The notes under the pieces were generated by a model. That model ran no database searches. It saw only the letters and a program-made list of their open reading frames with translations, and had not been told where the DNA came from. Positions 1 through 9,416 of a stretch of DNA of 64,000 nucleotides are shown here, piece after piece. Position numbers and translations under genes: made by a program. Every line of letters starts with the position of its first letter. The first letter of the stretch is position 1. Source of the stretch: Bacillota bacterium (GTDB lineage: Bacteria; Bacillota; Clostridia; Oscillospirales; Acutalibacteraceae). The stretch is from contig JAEWWM010000050.1 in assembly GCA_023458915.1 (NCBI GenBank), positions 2,916 through 66,915 on the forward strand. Direction: 5' to 3'.

Positions 1-2
1 AT

Positions 3-641
3 CTCGTACTTTTGAACTCCGATTTTGCAGCTATGCCAAAAGCCGTTGCAGAAGGAAGAAAAGCAATAAATAACATTCAAAGGTCATCTTCGCTTTTTTT
101 AGTAAAAACAATTTACTCTTTCCTACTTTCCATATTGTTTTTCTTTATTCCCGCACCTTACCCATTCATACCAATTCAAATGACGCTTATCAGCGCTATA
201 GCTATTGGAATCCCGTCATTTATTCTTGCGCTGGAGCCTAACAGAGAAAAAATTCGCGGAAATTTATTTAACAACATAATTAGTAAAGCCTTGCCGTCAG
301 CTCTGGCAACCGTGTTTTCATTGTTACTGTGTGTCGGAATTTATTCGTTTTTTAACATCTCACAGGAAAGGTATTCAACTCTTACCGTTGTTACAACAGG
401 GGTTATGGGTATATTTTTGCTTTATAATATATCGCTTCCATTTAATAAACTTCGAAAAGCACTTTTGTGGGGTATTAGTATTGTTTTTCTTGTAGGTATC
501 ATAACTTTTACGAAATTACTTGAATTAGAACCGCTTAACTGGATTAACGTTTTGATACTTATGCCAATAATTATCGTTTCAAAAATTGTTTATAATTATG
601 TATCAAAAATAAAGATGGATAAGTTGCTTAAAGAGGTTTAG
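3..641 (+). CDS. P-type cation-transporting ATPase, C-terminal membrane portion (5' end outside window)
   Basis: Frame open from the window edge. LLNSDFAAMPKAVAEGRKAINNIQRSSSLFLVKT hinge-type motif followed by several hydrophobic helices, as at the end of E1-E2 ATPases. Confidence 0.7.
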   Translation, partial: LVLLNSDFAAMPKAVAEGRKAINNIQRSSSLFLVKTIYSFLLSILFFFIPAPYPFIPIQMTLISAIAIGIPSFILALEPNREKIRGNLFNNIISKALPSALATVFSLLLCVGIYSFFNISQERYSTLTVVTTGVMGIFLLYNISLPFNKLRKALLWGISIVFLVGIITFTKLLELEPLNWINVLILMPIIIVSKIVYNYVSKIKMDKLLKEV

Positions 642-734
642 CCTAAACGGTAAAAAATGGATATTGACTTGAAAACATACAATTGTTATCATTATGAACA
701 GTGAATTTATTTGAATTTGAGGGGGTAATCACCT

Positions 735-896
735 TTGAAAACAGAAAATAGATGTGCTTTAACAATTGTAATTGGAATTATTACATCTCTTGTAACAGTT
801 TTGTCTTTGGCAATTATTGTATTTGTGTTTTTCGACAGAAAAAGAAAAAAAGAAGAGATAGAACTCGAAGAATATTTGGAAAGTACCATAAGTTAG
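735..896 (+). CDS. small single-pass membrane protein (53 aa), absent from supplied ORF track
   Basis: GAGGGGG SD at 719-725 and TTG start at 735. Translation: LKTENRCALTIVIGIITSLVTVLSLAIIVFVFFDRKRKKEEIELEEYLESTIS. Followed by a strong hairpin terminator. More plausible than the antisense ORF 707..889. Confidence 0.5.
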   Translation: MKTENRCALTIVIGIITSLVTVLSLAIIVFVFFDRKRKKEEIELEEYLESTIS

Positions 897-930
897 CTTA
901 TTTTTTGAAATATAATAATATTAAAATATA

Positions 931-971
931 ATCTCAGAGAAAACGATTTTCTCTGAGATCTGATTTGTTTT
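931..971 (+). terminator. rho-independent terminator
   Basis: 13-bp perfect stem (atctcagagaaaa / ttttctctgagat) with a 3-nt loop, then a T-rich run. Confidence 0.75.
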
Positions 972-1145
972 AACAATATAATTTTTTGATTATACAAGAT
1001 CGCAAATTATATGATTTTTATTTTGATTCATCTTGGCTTAATATTTCGATCTGACCCCTTGTAAATAAAATCGATTAAGTTGGGCGTGAAGTTTATCTTG
1101 GTGTTGGCCTTTCGATGGCAACTCCTGGACTATGTGAGCTAATTA

Positions 1146-1514
1146 CTACCTACCAAATCTTCCCCTGCGTCTACGATGATCGCGCCCGCCAAACGGATTA
1201 AAAAAGAAAGGTATAAAAGGGAACCCTCTACGACGGTCGTGTCTATCAAATAACTCTCTCAGTATTAGAATTCTTGCGATTTCCCTTGCTAAATTTTCGT
1301 CACTGTGTGGATTACTTTTTCGAACAATTTGTTCGGTCATGTTATCTAAATCTGCTTGAGTCATGCTATACATACGATTATCGTCGATTGAATCGGTAAT
1401 ATCTTGAATAACAGGATAAATTTTTTTGTAATTTTCTGGGTACATATCTTCAATTTTATCCACATACTCATCCATTGACGAATTTTGATCTTGCGGTCTT
1501 AAAAACTGATCCAT
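1146..1514 (-). CDS. hypothetical protein, acidic body with Arg/Phe/Pro-rich basic tail
   Basis: 122-aa ATG ORF ending RRRGFPFIPFFFNPFGGRDHRRRRGRFGR. No family recognised. Confidence 0.5.
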   Translation of the reverse strand: MDQFLRPQDQNSSMDEYVDKIEDMYPENYKKIYPVIQDITDSIDDNRMYSMTQADLDNMTEQIVRKSNPHSDENLAREIARILILRELFDRHDRRRGFPFIPFFFNPFGGRDHRRRRGRFGR

Positions 1515-1764
1515 AATTTATCATCCTAACAATATTATTATAAATTTAAATTACACTATATAGTATGTGAGTTAAATTTATATTGATATAAATTTTTATA
1601 TTTAATGAATGAATATTAATATTAGTAATCCAGAGAAATAGTGATATTACCAAGTGTTTGAAAGGGACTTTCTCGCTGGTTGCTGGGTAGAAAATATTGG
1701 TTAGCTATAAAACCCAAAAAATGTAAAATAATCTTAATTTTTTAAAGATATCTTTAAGCAAAAA

Positions 1765-1793
1765 TTGACATAACCGTGCGGGTTTGATAAACT
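1765..1793 (+). promoter_or_regulatory. sigma-A type promoter for tRNA-Leu
   Basis: TTGACA (1765-1770), 17-nt spacer ending in TGa, TAAACT (1788-1793). The tRNA starts 14 nt downstream. Confidence 0.6.
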
Positions 1794-1806
1794 CAAAATA
1801 TACTAT

Positions 1807-1892
1807 GCCGGTGTGGCGGAATGGCAGACGCGACGGACTCAAAATCCGTTGCTCGCAAGGGCGTGTGGGTTCAAGTCCCACTACCGGTACCA
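1807..1892 (+). tRNA. tRNA-Leu (anticodon CAA), type II with long variable arm, CCA encoded
   Basis: Hand-folded cloverleaf. Anticodon stem acgga/tccgt with loop cuCAAaa; T arm gtggg-ttcaagt-cccac; 3' acca. Confidence 0.85.
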
Positions 1893-1942
1893 TGTTTTTT
1901 ACTTATGTTTGCAAACATAAGTTTATAATATGCAAACGAAAA

Positions 1943-1968
1943 TCACCAGCTATGCCGGTGATTTTTTT
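1943..1968 (+). terminator. terminator after tRNA-Leu
   Basis: tcaccagc-tat-gccggtga hairpin (one mismatch) followed by T7. Confidence 0.6.
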
Positions 1969-2008
1969 AGAGTAATCTATATTTTATTCAGTTCCGAAAA
2001 AGCTTTAT

Positions 2009-3229
2009 TTAGTCCAAAACCATAATTTTTGAAAGTATTTTAAACCCTGATTTTTCAAGGTGTTTAACATATTTATTAAAGTCACTAACTTTCATTTTTT
2101 CAGTTACAAAAAATTTTTCAATATTATCTTTTTGAAAGCGAATATAAAACTTAGCAGCAAAATTTTCAAAATTATTAACGTTATTATTTTTTGAATCTTT
2201 CCAAGCAGCTTTCTTTGGAGTTTCAAAATTATTTATACAGTCAATAATATCTGAAACAACCGCGCTTGCAGTAGGCAATTTGCCTGCACCTTTACCATAA
2301 AACATGATTTTACCAGTGCAATCGCCATCAACTAAAACTGCATTGAAAACGTCATCAGCAATTGAAAGCGGATTTGAGTTAGGAACAAGCATTGGTGCGA
2401 CAAAAATTAAAGCTTTGCCGTTATCACTTTTTTCAGCATAACCAATAAGTTTTATGGCATATCCTAGATTTTTAGCACATTCTACATCTTTAAGCGAAAT
2501 TTTAGTAATACCCTCGGCGCGAACATTTTTGGGATAAATATGTTCGCCACAGGCAATAGAAGCTAAAATGCAGATTTTATTTTTGGCGTCTAAGCCTTCG
2601 ACATCAGCAGTTGGGTCACTTTCAGCATATCCTAAATTTTGTGCCATTTTAAGAGCATTTTCGAAACTTAAATTTTCATTTATCATTTTTGTGAGTATAA
2701 AATTCGTAGTGCCATTTACAATTCCACAAATTTTCTTAATATTATTAGCATTTAAAGAATTCATCATTGGTGCAATTATAGGGGTTCCGCCACATACGCT
2801 TGCTTCGAATTTAAAGCTTAGATTATTGTCTGCAGCGATTTTAAGAAGCTCTGCGCCATGCGTTGCAACTAACAGTTTATTTGGTGTTACTACGCTTTTC
2901 CCATTTTCAAGGCACTTTTTAACATATTTATACGCGGGATCAAGTCCGCCCATAGATTCAACAACGATTTTTATTTTAGGATCATTTAAAATTTTTTCAA
3001 AGCTGGATGTGAAAACTTCGCTATTTTTTAAGAATTCAGTATGAGTTTTACGCACAAGAATTTTTTTAACCTTAACTTGACTTCCAGACCATCTTTTTAT
3101 ATTCTCAAAGTTTTTATATACAATTTCTTTAACACCTGAACCAACTATACCATAGCCCAGAATTGCTATGTTTATTGTTTCATTTTTTGATTCAACAGCA
3201 AAAGCAAATTTTGTGCAACTAGAAAACAT
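2009..3229 (-). CDS. hom: homoserine dehydrogenase
   Basis: NIAILGYGIVGSGV NAD-binding fold, TPNK...FEASVCGGTPII catalytic core and a C-terminal ACT-like region. Start placed at the in-frame ATG (MFSSCTKF...) preceded by GGTGG. The longer TTG-started ORF to 3313 adds a signal-peptide-like extension that is probably not translated. Confidence 0.88.
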   Translation of the reverse strand: MFSSCTKFAFAVESKNETINIAILGYGIVGSGVKEIVYKNFENIKRWSGSQVKVKKILVRKTHTEFLKNSEVFTSSFEKILNDPKIKIVVESMGGLDPAYKYVKKCLENGKSVVTPNKLLVATHGAELLKIAADNNLSFKFEASVCGGTPIIAPMMNSLNANNIKKICGIVNGTTNFILTKMINENLSFENALKMAQNLGYAESDPTADVEGLDAKNKICILASIACGEHIYPKNVRAEGITKISLKDVECAKNLGYAIKLIGYAEKSDNGKALIFVAPMLVPNSNPLSIADDVFNAVLVDGDCTGKIMFYGKGAGKLPTASAVVSDIIDCINNFETPKKAAWKDSKNNNVNNFENFAAKFYIRFQKDNIEKFFVTEKMKVSDFNKYVKHLEKSGFKILSKIMVLD

Positions 3230-3465
3230 CAAAACCACCAGTAGGACTATTGTAATATGTTTTTTTAAAAATCTACTATCAATAAGTTTTTTGAAACTTA
3301 GGAATTTAAGCAATACTAAAATTAAAAAGGATTAAAATTGTAAATATTACTAGGGGATATAAATATTTGTAAATATTATGCTTTAGCCAGTGCCCTTATA
3401 ACAACTTATACCAATTAAAAATTGTGCCAAAATAAGCAGAGCATAAAGGTTTAATCAACTAGAAT

Positions 3466-4608
3466 CTACCCGGTTTCAAGCGTATTTTTGGTTTGATTGC
3501 GGTTTAAATATATATTTTGAAGTATGCCTATTCCTAAATAAAGGCATGATGCAGAAGATCCGCCAACGCTAAAAAATGGCAGCGTTACACCCATAACGGG
3601 AAGCAAACTTAGGCACATTCCTAAATTAAAAATCGTTTGTGATGCTATTAGTCCGATAAAACCGAAGCATGTAAGCATTCCGATTATATCATTAGATTTT
3701 TTCGCGGTAAATCCAATTTTTAAAATAAGAGTCAATAGAAGCAAAATTATAAGAAAGCAACCAATGAATCCAAGTTCTTCGCCGGCGACCGAGAATATAA
3801 AGTCACTTTCTTGAATTGGTACAACGTTATTAGCGACTCTCGGCCCACTGAAAATCCCTGTCCCGAATATTCCGCCGGAGCCTATGGAAAGCTTGCCTTG
3901 AATTTGCTGGTATCCCATATTAAGTGGATCGGCTTCGGGGTTCATTTGGCTTAATATCCGCTGTTTTTGGTAATCTGCCAGTATAAATTTCCATGCGAGA
4001 GGTGCTAAAAGTGCGCCAATCGCACTAAGTGATAGAAAATACCTGAGCGGCAAGCCGGCCATAAATGCCATTGTGAGCGCAATGCATAAAAAGATTATTG
4101 CCGCTCCATCGTCGCCCTGCATATGCATTAAAATTACGGGTATAAGAGCATGAACTGCTAAAATCACTATACTTTGAAAGTTTTTTAACTGTTTTGATTT
4201 TTTTAGAATTGCAAGATGTCTCGCAAAAGTTATAATAAAACCTATTTTCACAAGTTCAGACGGCTGAAACGTTACCCCGCCGGGGAGTTTTATCCATGCT
4301 TTGGCATTAACTCCTGAAGAGCCTGCTATCGTAACGCCTGCGAACAAGGTGTAAATTATGAGTAGTATGCAAATAATCCCAATCCATTTTGAGGCTTTGG
4401 AAATAACTTTATAATCCACCACTTGCAGCGCCACAGCACCTAAAAACCCGATGCCGACTGAAATTGACTGTACGGTAAAGTAATTAAAACCTTCCCGCGA
4501 AACGCTTCCAATTAAAAGTAAACTGTAAACTGAAATAATAATTACAATGCTCCATAAAAATTTGTCGCTGTATTTTATGCAGTGCCAGATTAGTTTGAGC
4601 ATGTTCAT
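3466..4608 (-). CDS. FtsW/RodA/SpoVE (SEDS) family peptidoglycan polymerase
   Basis: About ten TM helices with FQPSELVKI and GSGGIFGTG motifs. Start moved to MNMLKL (ATG 4608) behind AAGGTGA; the upstream 36 codons overlap a terminator hairpin. Confidence 0.88.
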   Translation of the reverse strand: MNMLKLIWHCIKYSDKFLWSIVIIISVYSLLLIGSVSREGFNYFTVQSISVGIGFLGAVALQVVDYKVISKASKWIGIICILLIIYTLFAGVTIAGSSGVNAKAWIKLPGGVTFQPSELVKIGFIITFARHLAILKKSKQLKNFQSIVILAVHALIPVILMHMQGDDGAAIIFLCIALTMAFMAGLPLRYFLSLSAIGALLAPLAWKFILADYQKQRILSQMNPEADPLNMGYQQIQGKLSIGSGGIFGTGIFSGPRVANNVVPIQESDFIFSVAGEELGFIGCFLIILLLLTLILKIGFTAKKSNDIIGMLTCFGFIGLIASQTIFNLGMCLSLLPVMGVTLPFFSVGGSSASCLYLGIGILQNIYLNRNQTKNTLETG

Positions 4609-4668
4609 GCAATCACCTTCTTTAGGATTTTTGTTGAGCTTGGGTGCCACATAAATAATTATTCCTAT

Positions 4669-4700
4669 TTCTTCTTCCCGCCACATGGCGGGAAGAAGAA
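4669..4700 (-). terminator. 14-bp perfect stem-loop between the metal ABC operon and the SEDS gene
   Basis: ttcttcttcccgcc-acat-ggcgggaagaagaa. No clean U-tract on the minus strand, so terminator versus processing site is unresolved. Confidence 0.5.
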
Positions 4701-4718
4701 ATTTAAAATATTGCAAAA

Positions 4719-5564
4719 TTAACTCAGGTTACAAGATTTATTTATAAAAAACGTTACAAAAAATATAACTGAAGATACAAGTACAATCGTTGCTCCCGCG
4801 GAAGAAGCCATGTAGTATGAAATTATAAGTCCAGAGGCACCTGAAAAAACCGAGAATATTATCGAAATCAAATGGTAAGCCCGCATGCTTTTGACTATAT
4901 TTCGTGCCGATGCTGCCGGCAATACAAGAAGAGAATTGATTATTAGCATTCCCACCCATCTTAGCGATACAGTAACAATCAGCGCTATTAAAATAACGAA
5001 TATGTTTTTGTAAAATTTTACATTTATTTGTTTGCTTTTTGCCATGTCGGAATTAAGGCTTGCGAGCATTAATTTGTTAAACGAAAGTATCCAGATTATA
5101 ACAATTAAAAATAGCACAACTGCCAGAATCATAATTTCATTTTGAGTTATTGAAAGTATATCGCCTATTAAATAACCCGAATATTTTGAAAATCCACCTT
5201 TTGCGGAAAGTAGCACGATTCCAAGTGCAATTCCCGCGGAGGAAAATACTCCAATAATTGTATCGGAAGATGAAATTTTAGATTCAATTATGCTTGAAAT
5301 TCCAAGGGCAAAAATAAGTGCAAATCCAAGCATTGAGAGCGCATAATTGTCGGCTCCGAGCATAACACCAATTGCAATTCCCGTAAGTGCGCAGTGTCCC
5401 ATTGCATCTGAAAAAAAAGACATTTTATTGTTAACTATCATGGTCCCAACAAGGCCAAACAGCGGGCTAATCAGTAAAATCGCCAAAAATGCATTTTTCA
5501 TGAAACTAAATTCCATCCAGGAAAAGGGGAGAAGTGATTCTAATGTGGAGTATATTAAATCCAT
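4719..5564 (-). CDS. metal (Zn/Mn) ABC transporter permease, ZnuB/AdcB/TroC-like
   Basis: Polytopic membrane protein of the ABC-3 type. Overlaps the ATPase gene by 10 nt within a three-gene operon. Confidence 0.8.
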   Translation of the reverse strand: MDLIYSTLESLLPFSWMEFSFMKNAFLAILLISPLFGLVGTMIVNNKMSFFSDAMGHCALTGIAIGVMLGADNYALSMLGFALIFALGISSIIESKISSSDTIIGVFSSAGIALGIVLLSAKGGFSKYSGYLIGDILSITQNEIMILAVVLFLIVIIWILSFNKLMLASLNSDMAKSKQINVKFYKNIFVILIALIVTVSLRWVGMLIINSLLVLPAASARNIVKSMRAYHLISIIFSVFSGASGLIISYYMASSAGATIVLVSSVIFFVTFFINKSCNLS

Positions 5565-6301
5565 ATTTTTTCACCTCCGAGAGCTTCTACCCCGAATGTT
5601 TCACGTACTTTTTGGCTTTGCATTAAATCTTTAGCTTGTCCGGTTTCGATAACGGTATGATTTATAAGAACGTAAGATGTGGCATACTTTGCGACATGTC
5701 CAAGATCATGCGAAACCAAAATTACCGGCATATGGTAGTCATCTCGCATGGATTTTATTACGCTATAAAACTGGCTTATTCCTTTGCGGTCAACTGCTGA
5801 TACTGGCTCATCGAGAAGAAGTATATCGGGTGTTGGCTCTAATGCAAACGCCAAAAGCACCCTTTGAAGTTCGCCGCCGGAAAGCTTGCCGATTGGCTTA
5901 TTTATATGTTTTTGTGCTTCGACTTTTTTAAGAATTTCGTGAGCTTTCTCTTTTAATTTTTTGCTATGCCCGAGCCATACGGGCAGATAAGAAGAGTTGG
6001 CACAAAAAAGATCCATAACTGTCATTGGAGTGCCATGGTCAAAACTCAACCTTTGAGGGACATAACCTATTTTAGGGCTTAGAATGCGGTTTCCGTTTGA
6101 ATCGAAAAAATCAATCGTGCCTTTAAAATCTATGCTGTGAAGTATAGATTTTAAAAGTGTTGTCTTTCCGGCTCCGTTTTTGCCAATAAGAGCCAAAGTT
6201 TCCCCGTGGTTAGCACTAAGTGTGACGCGGTTTAAAATTGTGTGCCCACCACGCTTCACCTGCAAATTATTGATTTTTACACTGCAATGGCAATTATCCA
6301 T
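5555..6301 (-). CDS. metal ABC transporter ATP-binding protein, ZnuC/AdcC-like
   Basis: Walker A GKNGAGKTT, signature LSGGELQR, Walker B LLLDEP. Confidence 0.85.
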   Translation of the reverse strand: MDNCHCSVKINNLQVKRGGHTILNRVTLSANHGETLALIGKNGAGKTTLLKSILHSIDFKGTIDFFDSNGNRILSPKIGYVPQRLSFDHGTPMTVMDLFCANSSYLPVWLGHSKKLKEKAHEILKKVEAQKHINKPIGKLSGGELQRVLLAFALEPTPDILLLDEPVSAVDRKGISQFYSVIKSMRDDYHMPVILVSHDLGHVAKYATSYVLINHTVIETGQAKDLMQSQKVRETFGVEALGGEKIWI

Positions 6302-6337
6302 TTTTATTTTAAATTCCTTTGTTTTTAATCTTTATTT

Positions 6338-7234
6338 TTAATTTAGTGCAATTTTCAAAGTTTCAAGATTTTTCTCCATAATATTAATGTAAGCATCTTT
6401 TGATTTCTCACCCGAAGCAGCCGGATCAAGTATATAAATTTTTGCTCTGGTTTCTTTTGAAATAATTTCTGCCGCGGCGCTCGGGTACTGAGGTTCGGTA
6501 AATAAAGCTTTAATCCTCAGTTTTTTTACTATTTCTATTATATTGGTAAGTTCTTTTGCGCTGGGGTTGTTTTCGGGTTCGTGGTTTATAACGCCTGCAA
6601 TATTAAGCCCGAATTCTTTGGCAAAATAGGGGAAAGCTTCGTGAAATGTAACTATATTTTTATTTTTAACATTATCTAAAGCGGAGTGCATTTTGTTTTT
6701 TAGATCATTTAATTTTGCGATGTAAATATCTCTATTTCTTTTATATGCCTCACTGTGCTGCGGATCAACCTTAGAAAGTCCATCGGCAATATTTTCAACC
6801 TGTTTTATATAATTACTTATCGAAACCCATATATGCGGATTATATTCATGATGGCAATTTTCTTCGCAGTCGCAGTCATCGTCTTTAATGAGTTCAATTT
6901 CTGCGCTGGAATCAATTATTTTAATATTCGGAAGTTCATTCATAACTTTATTTAAGAATGATTCCATTCCCGCGCCATTAATTATGAATGCAGAGGATTT
7001 TTCGATTTGTTTTAAATCTTCAGATTTAAGCTGAAAGTCGTGAAGGCATCCGCTGTGGTTTTCCGCCATGCATAGGGCCGTGACGCCATCTATATTATCC
7101 ACCAAATTAAGCGCCGTTATGTAAACGGGATAGCACGACGCCACAAACCGAATCTTATCGGTTTTTTCTTTTTGGCACCCGCATCCAAAAAAGCAAATAA
7201 ATAGCGACAATACCACCACAAAATATTTTTTCAA
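6338..7234 (-). CDS. metal ABC substrate-binding lipoprotein, ZnuA/AdcA/TroA-like
   Basis: Lipobox-like FFGCGC, a TroA-fold pattern (NPHIW, FHEAFPYF) and an acidic Cys/His loop DDDCDCEENCHHEYNPH. TTG start behind GAGG. Confidence 0.8.
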   Translation of the reverse strand: MKKYFVVVLSLFICFFGCGCQKEKTDKIRFVASCYPVYITALNLVDNIDGVTALCMAENHSGCLHDFQLKSEDLKQIEKSSAFIINGAGMESFLNKVMNELPNIKIIDSSAEIELIKDDDCDCEENCHHEYNPHIWVSISNYIKQVENIADGLSKVDPQHSEAYKRNRDIYIAKLNDLKNKMHSALDNVKNKNIVTFHEAFPYFAKEFGLNIAGVINHEPENNPSAKELTNIIEIVKKLRIKALFTEPQYPSAAAEIISKETRAKIYILDPAASGEKSKDAYINIMEKNLETLKIALN

Positions 7235-7361
7235 TTTTTTTAACCTCAGAACTTTGATTTTTATATTCTTCTTCTGCTTTAGGAAGAACTTAAGTATTAT
7301 TTGATTTGAAAAATTATTATATATGAAATTTTATATTAATAAAAGAGTTTGCCGTTTGAGA

Positions 7362-7377
7362 ATGTTAATATTAACAT
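7362..7377. promoter_or_regulatory. 16-bp perfect palindrome, candidate metalloregulator operator upstream of the metal ABC operon
   Basis: ATGTTAATATTAACAT lies ~130 nt upstream of the SBP start codon in the divergent intergenic region. Confidence 0.4.
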
Positions 7378-7563
7378 AAGAGGCTTAAAAATTTAAGAGC
7401 CATGCTATCTCCATTTTAATGAAAACTATATTTATTAACACTATCTCTTACTTATACATATATTTTTAAGCCTTGTAGTACAATATATTATGATATAATT
7501 ATTGTGTTTGATTTTTAAAATAAGTATTTTTATATAAAAGTAAAAATTAAAAGGAAAATTTTC

Positions 7564-9348
7564 ATGACAATTACTAGTCAAAAAGTCAAGAAATCCAAAA
7601 AAGTGAGTCAATCGTTTGCCGCCGGCGCTGTGATCATGGCGGTAGGTATGTTGTTTGTTAAAATTGCGGGAGCAGCTTTTAAAATACCTTTAGCGTACAT
7701 TCTTGAAGGTGTTGGATCAGGATATTTCAGCTCGGCTTATAGTGTTTATAATCCAATTTATGCATTAGCAACAGCAGGTCTTCCGATTGCAATTTCGCGT
7801 ATGGTTGCTGGTGATGTGGCCAGAGGAAGGTACAAAGACGTACGGCTTATTCACAAAATATCAGTTCCGATGTTTATTTTCACAGGCCTTACTGGAACAA
7901 TTTTAATGATTATGGGTTCGTTTTTGTATGTTAGATTCACAAACGCCCCGGGTGCATTATATTCAATGTTTATGCTCGCGCCTACAGTACTTTTTGCTTG
8001 CCTTATTTCAATTTATAAGGGTTATTATGAAGGCCTTAGTAATATGATACCAACAGCTATTTCTGAAGTAGTTGAAGCGGTTGGTAAAGTTGTGTTTGGC
8101 CCAACGTTAGCTTTTATAGCAGTTGAATACGGAATGAACGAATACAGAAATTTTGGAACTGTTTTTGGTAGACCTTGCGAAAACGAGCTAGCGGCGCGGA
8201 GCATGACTCTTCCGTTTGCTTCGGCGGGAGCAGTGCTGGGGATTACTTTAGGGGCAATTTGCGGATTTTTATATATTTTTATAAAATACAAAATTTCCGG
8301 TGATGGCATTACAAACGAGGAACTAGCAAACTGTGAGGATGCAAGACCTAAAAAAACTCTTTTAAAAATGCTCTTAAATATTGCAATTCCGGTTGCGCTG
8401 GGTGCCATAATAATGAACCTTGCGGGCGCAATAGATACGATGCTTGTCCAGCGCAGATTGTATGACATTATGCAGTATGCGCCAAATGTGCTTATGAGCG
8501 TTTATAAGGGGTTAATTCCTGAAGAAGCAATCGCAGACGGCACAACTCACGTTTTTTTAAATGGATGCTTTGTATATATGAACAATATAACAATGCTGCT
8601 TCCCACAATCACACAAGGCCTCGCGATAAGTGCATTGCCAAATGTTACTGCTTCGTGGGTTAATGGAATAAAAGAAAAAATAAAAAAGAACATAGAGACA
8701 ATTTTAAAAATGACAACGATTATTTCATTCCCAATAGGTCTTGGAATGTCCGTTCTTTCGTACCCAATTATGGATCTTGTTTATAATACATTCGGCAAGA
8801 GCAATCAGCTTGGCGAGATAAGTATAGCTTCCGCAATTATGAGTATTTATTCTATCGCCATAATATTTGTTTCAATAAGCACGCCTATTTGCAGTATGCT
8901 TCAGGCTGTTGGTAGAGCTGATTTGCCGCTCAAGATACTCACTATTGGAATGATAATAAAAATCGTTCTTAACTATATTTTAGTTGGTATACCGGAAATC
9001 AATGTTCAAGGAGCGGGCATAGGAACTTTAGCATGCTACATTTTTGTATGCATTTCGGGACTAGTTCTTTTATGCAAGGAAGTGCAAATGACTTTTGACC
9101 TAAAAACAGTATTTTTTAAGCCTCTCTTTTGTGGCCTACTTTGTGCAGCTGCTGCATATTCCTCACATGGATTTTTAATTCGGGTTTTAAATTATAAACT
9201 TTCTTCTATGATTTCAATTGCCATAGCTGCTATAGTTTATGTTCTTGCACTTTTTTTCTCTCGTACTTTGACATCTTGCGACTTAATAGTAATTCCGGGA
9301 TGTAAAAAATTTGTGAAAATACTTGAAAAATATCACTTAATCAGTTAA
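7564..9348 (+). CDS. MOP-superfamily flippase (MurJ/SpoVB/YabM-like)
   Basis: 594 aa with ~14 TM helices. Sits immediately upstream of mazG, as yabM-yabN does in Bacillus. Confidence 0.75.
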   Translation: MTITSQKVKKSKKVSQSFAAGAVIMAVGMLFVKIAGAAFKIPLAYILEGVGSGYFSSAYSVYNPIYALATAGLPIAISRMVAGDVARGRYKDVRLIHKISVPMFIFTGLTGTILMIMGSFLYVRFTNAPGALYSMFMLAPTVLFACLISIYKGYYEGLSNMIPTAISEVVEAVGKVVFGPTLAFIAVEYGMNEYRNFGTVFGRPCENELAARSMTLPFASAGAVLGITLGAICGFLYIFIKYKISGDGITNEELANCEDARPKKTLLKMLLNIAIPVALGAIIMNLAGAIDTMLVQRRLYDIMQYAPNVLMSVYKGLIPEEAIADGTTHVFLNGCFVYMNNITMLLPTITQGLAISALPNVTASWVNGIKEKIKKNIETILKMTTIISFPIGLGMSVLSYPIMDLVYNTFGKSNQLGEISIASAIMSIYSIAIIFVSISTPICSMLQAVGRADLPLKILTIGMIIKIVLNYILVGIPEINVQGAGIGTLACYIFVCISGLVLLCKEVQMTFDLKTVFFKPLFCGLLCAAAAYSSHGFLIRVLNYKLSSMISIAIAAIVYVLALFFSRTLTSCDLIVIPGCKKFVKILEKYHLIS

Positions 9349-9416
9349 TATGGTAATATGTGTTAAAATTTATTAACATACATAAAGAATTTTAAAAAAA
9401 GAGAGTAGGATTTTCT

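Noticed and set aside
1705-1975. ORFs 1705..1893 (-) and 1784..1975 (+).
   Set aside because: They overlap tRNA-Leu and its terminator; the tRNA cloverleaf explains the region.
2568-3044. 158-aa plus-strand ORF inside hom. Similar antisense ORFs lie inside the flippase gene (8025..8468), uvrA (54209..55934 set), rel (45435..46906 set), recJ (48200..48762), prs, glmU and others.
   Set aside because: All lie wholly antisense to, or out of frame within, genes with strong family motifs. Their translations are low-complexity or hydrophobic, as expected from antisense AT-rich coding DNA, and they lack SD sequences.
3230-3313. Signal-peptide/lipobox-like N-terminal extension (…VVLMFSSC) on homoserine dehydrogenase in the longest ORF.
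   Set aside because: A cytoplasmic biosynthetic enzyme would not be a lipoprotein. An in-frame ATG at 3229 preceded by GGTGG gives a normal N-terminus, so the extension is most likely untranslated leader.
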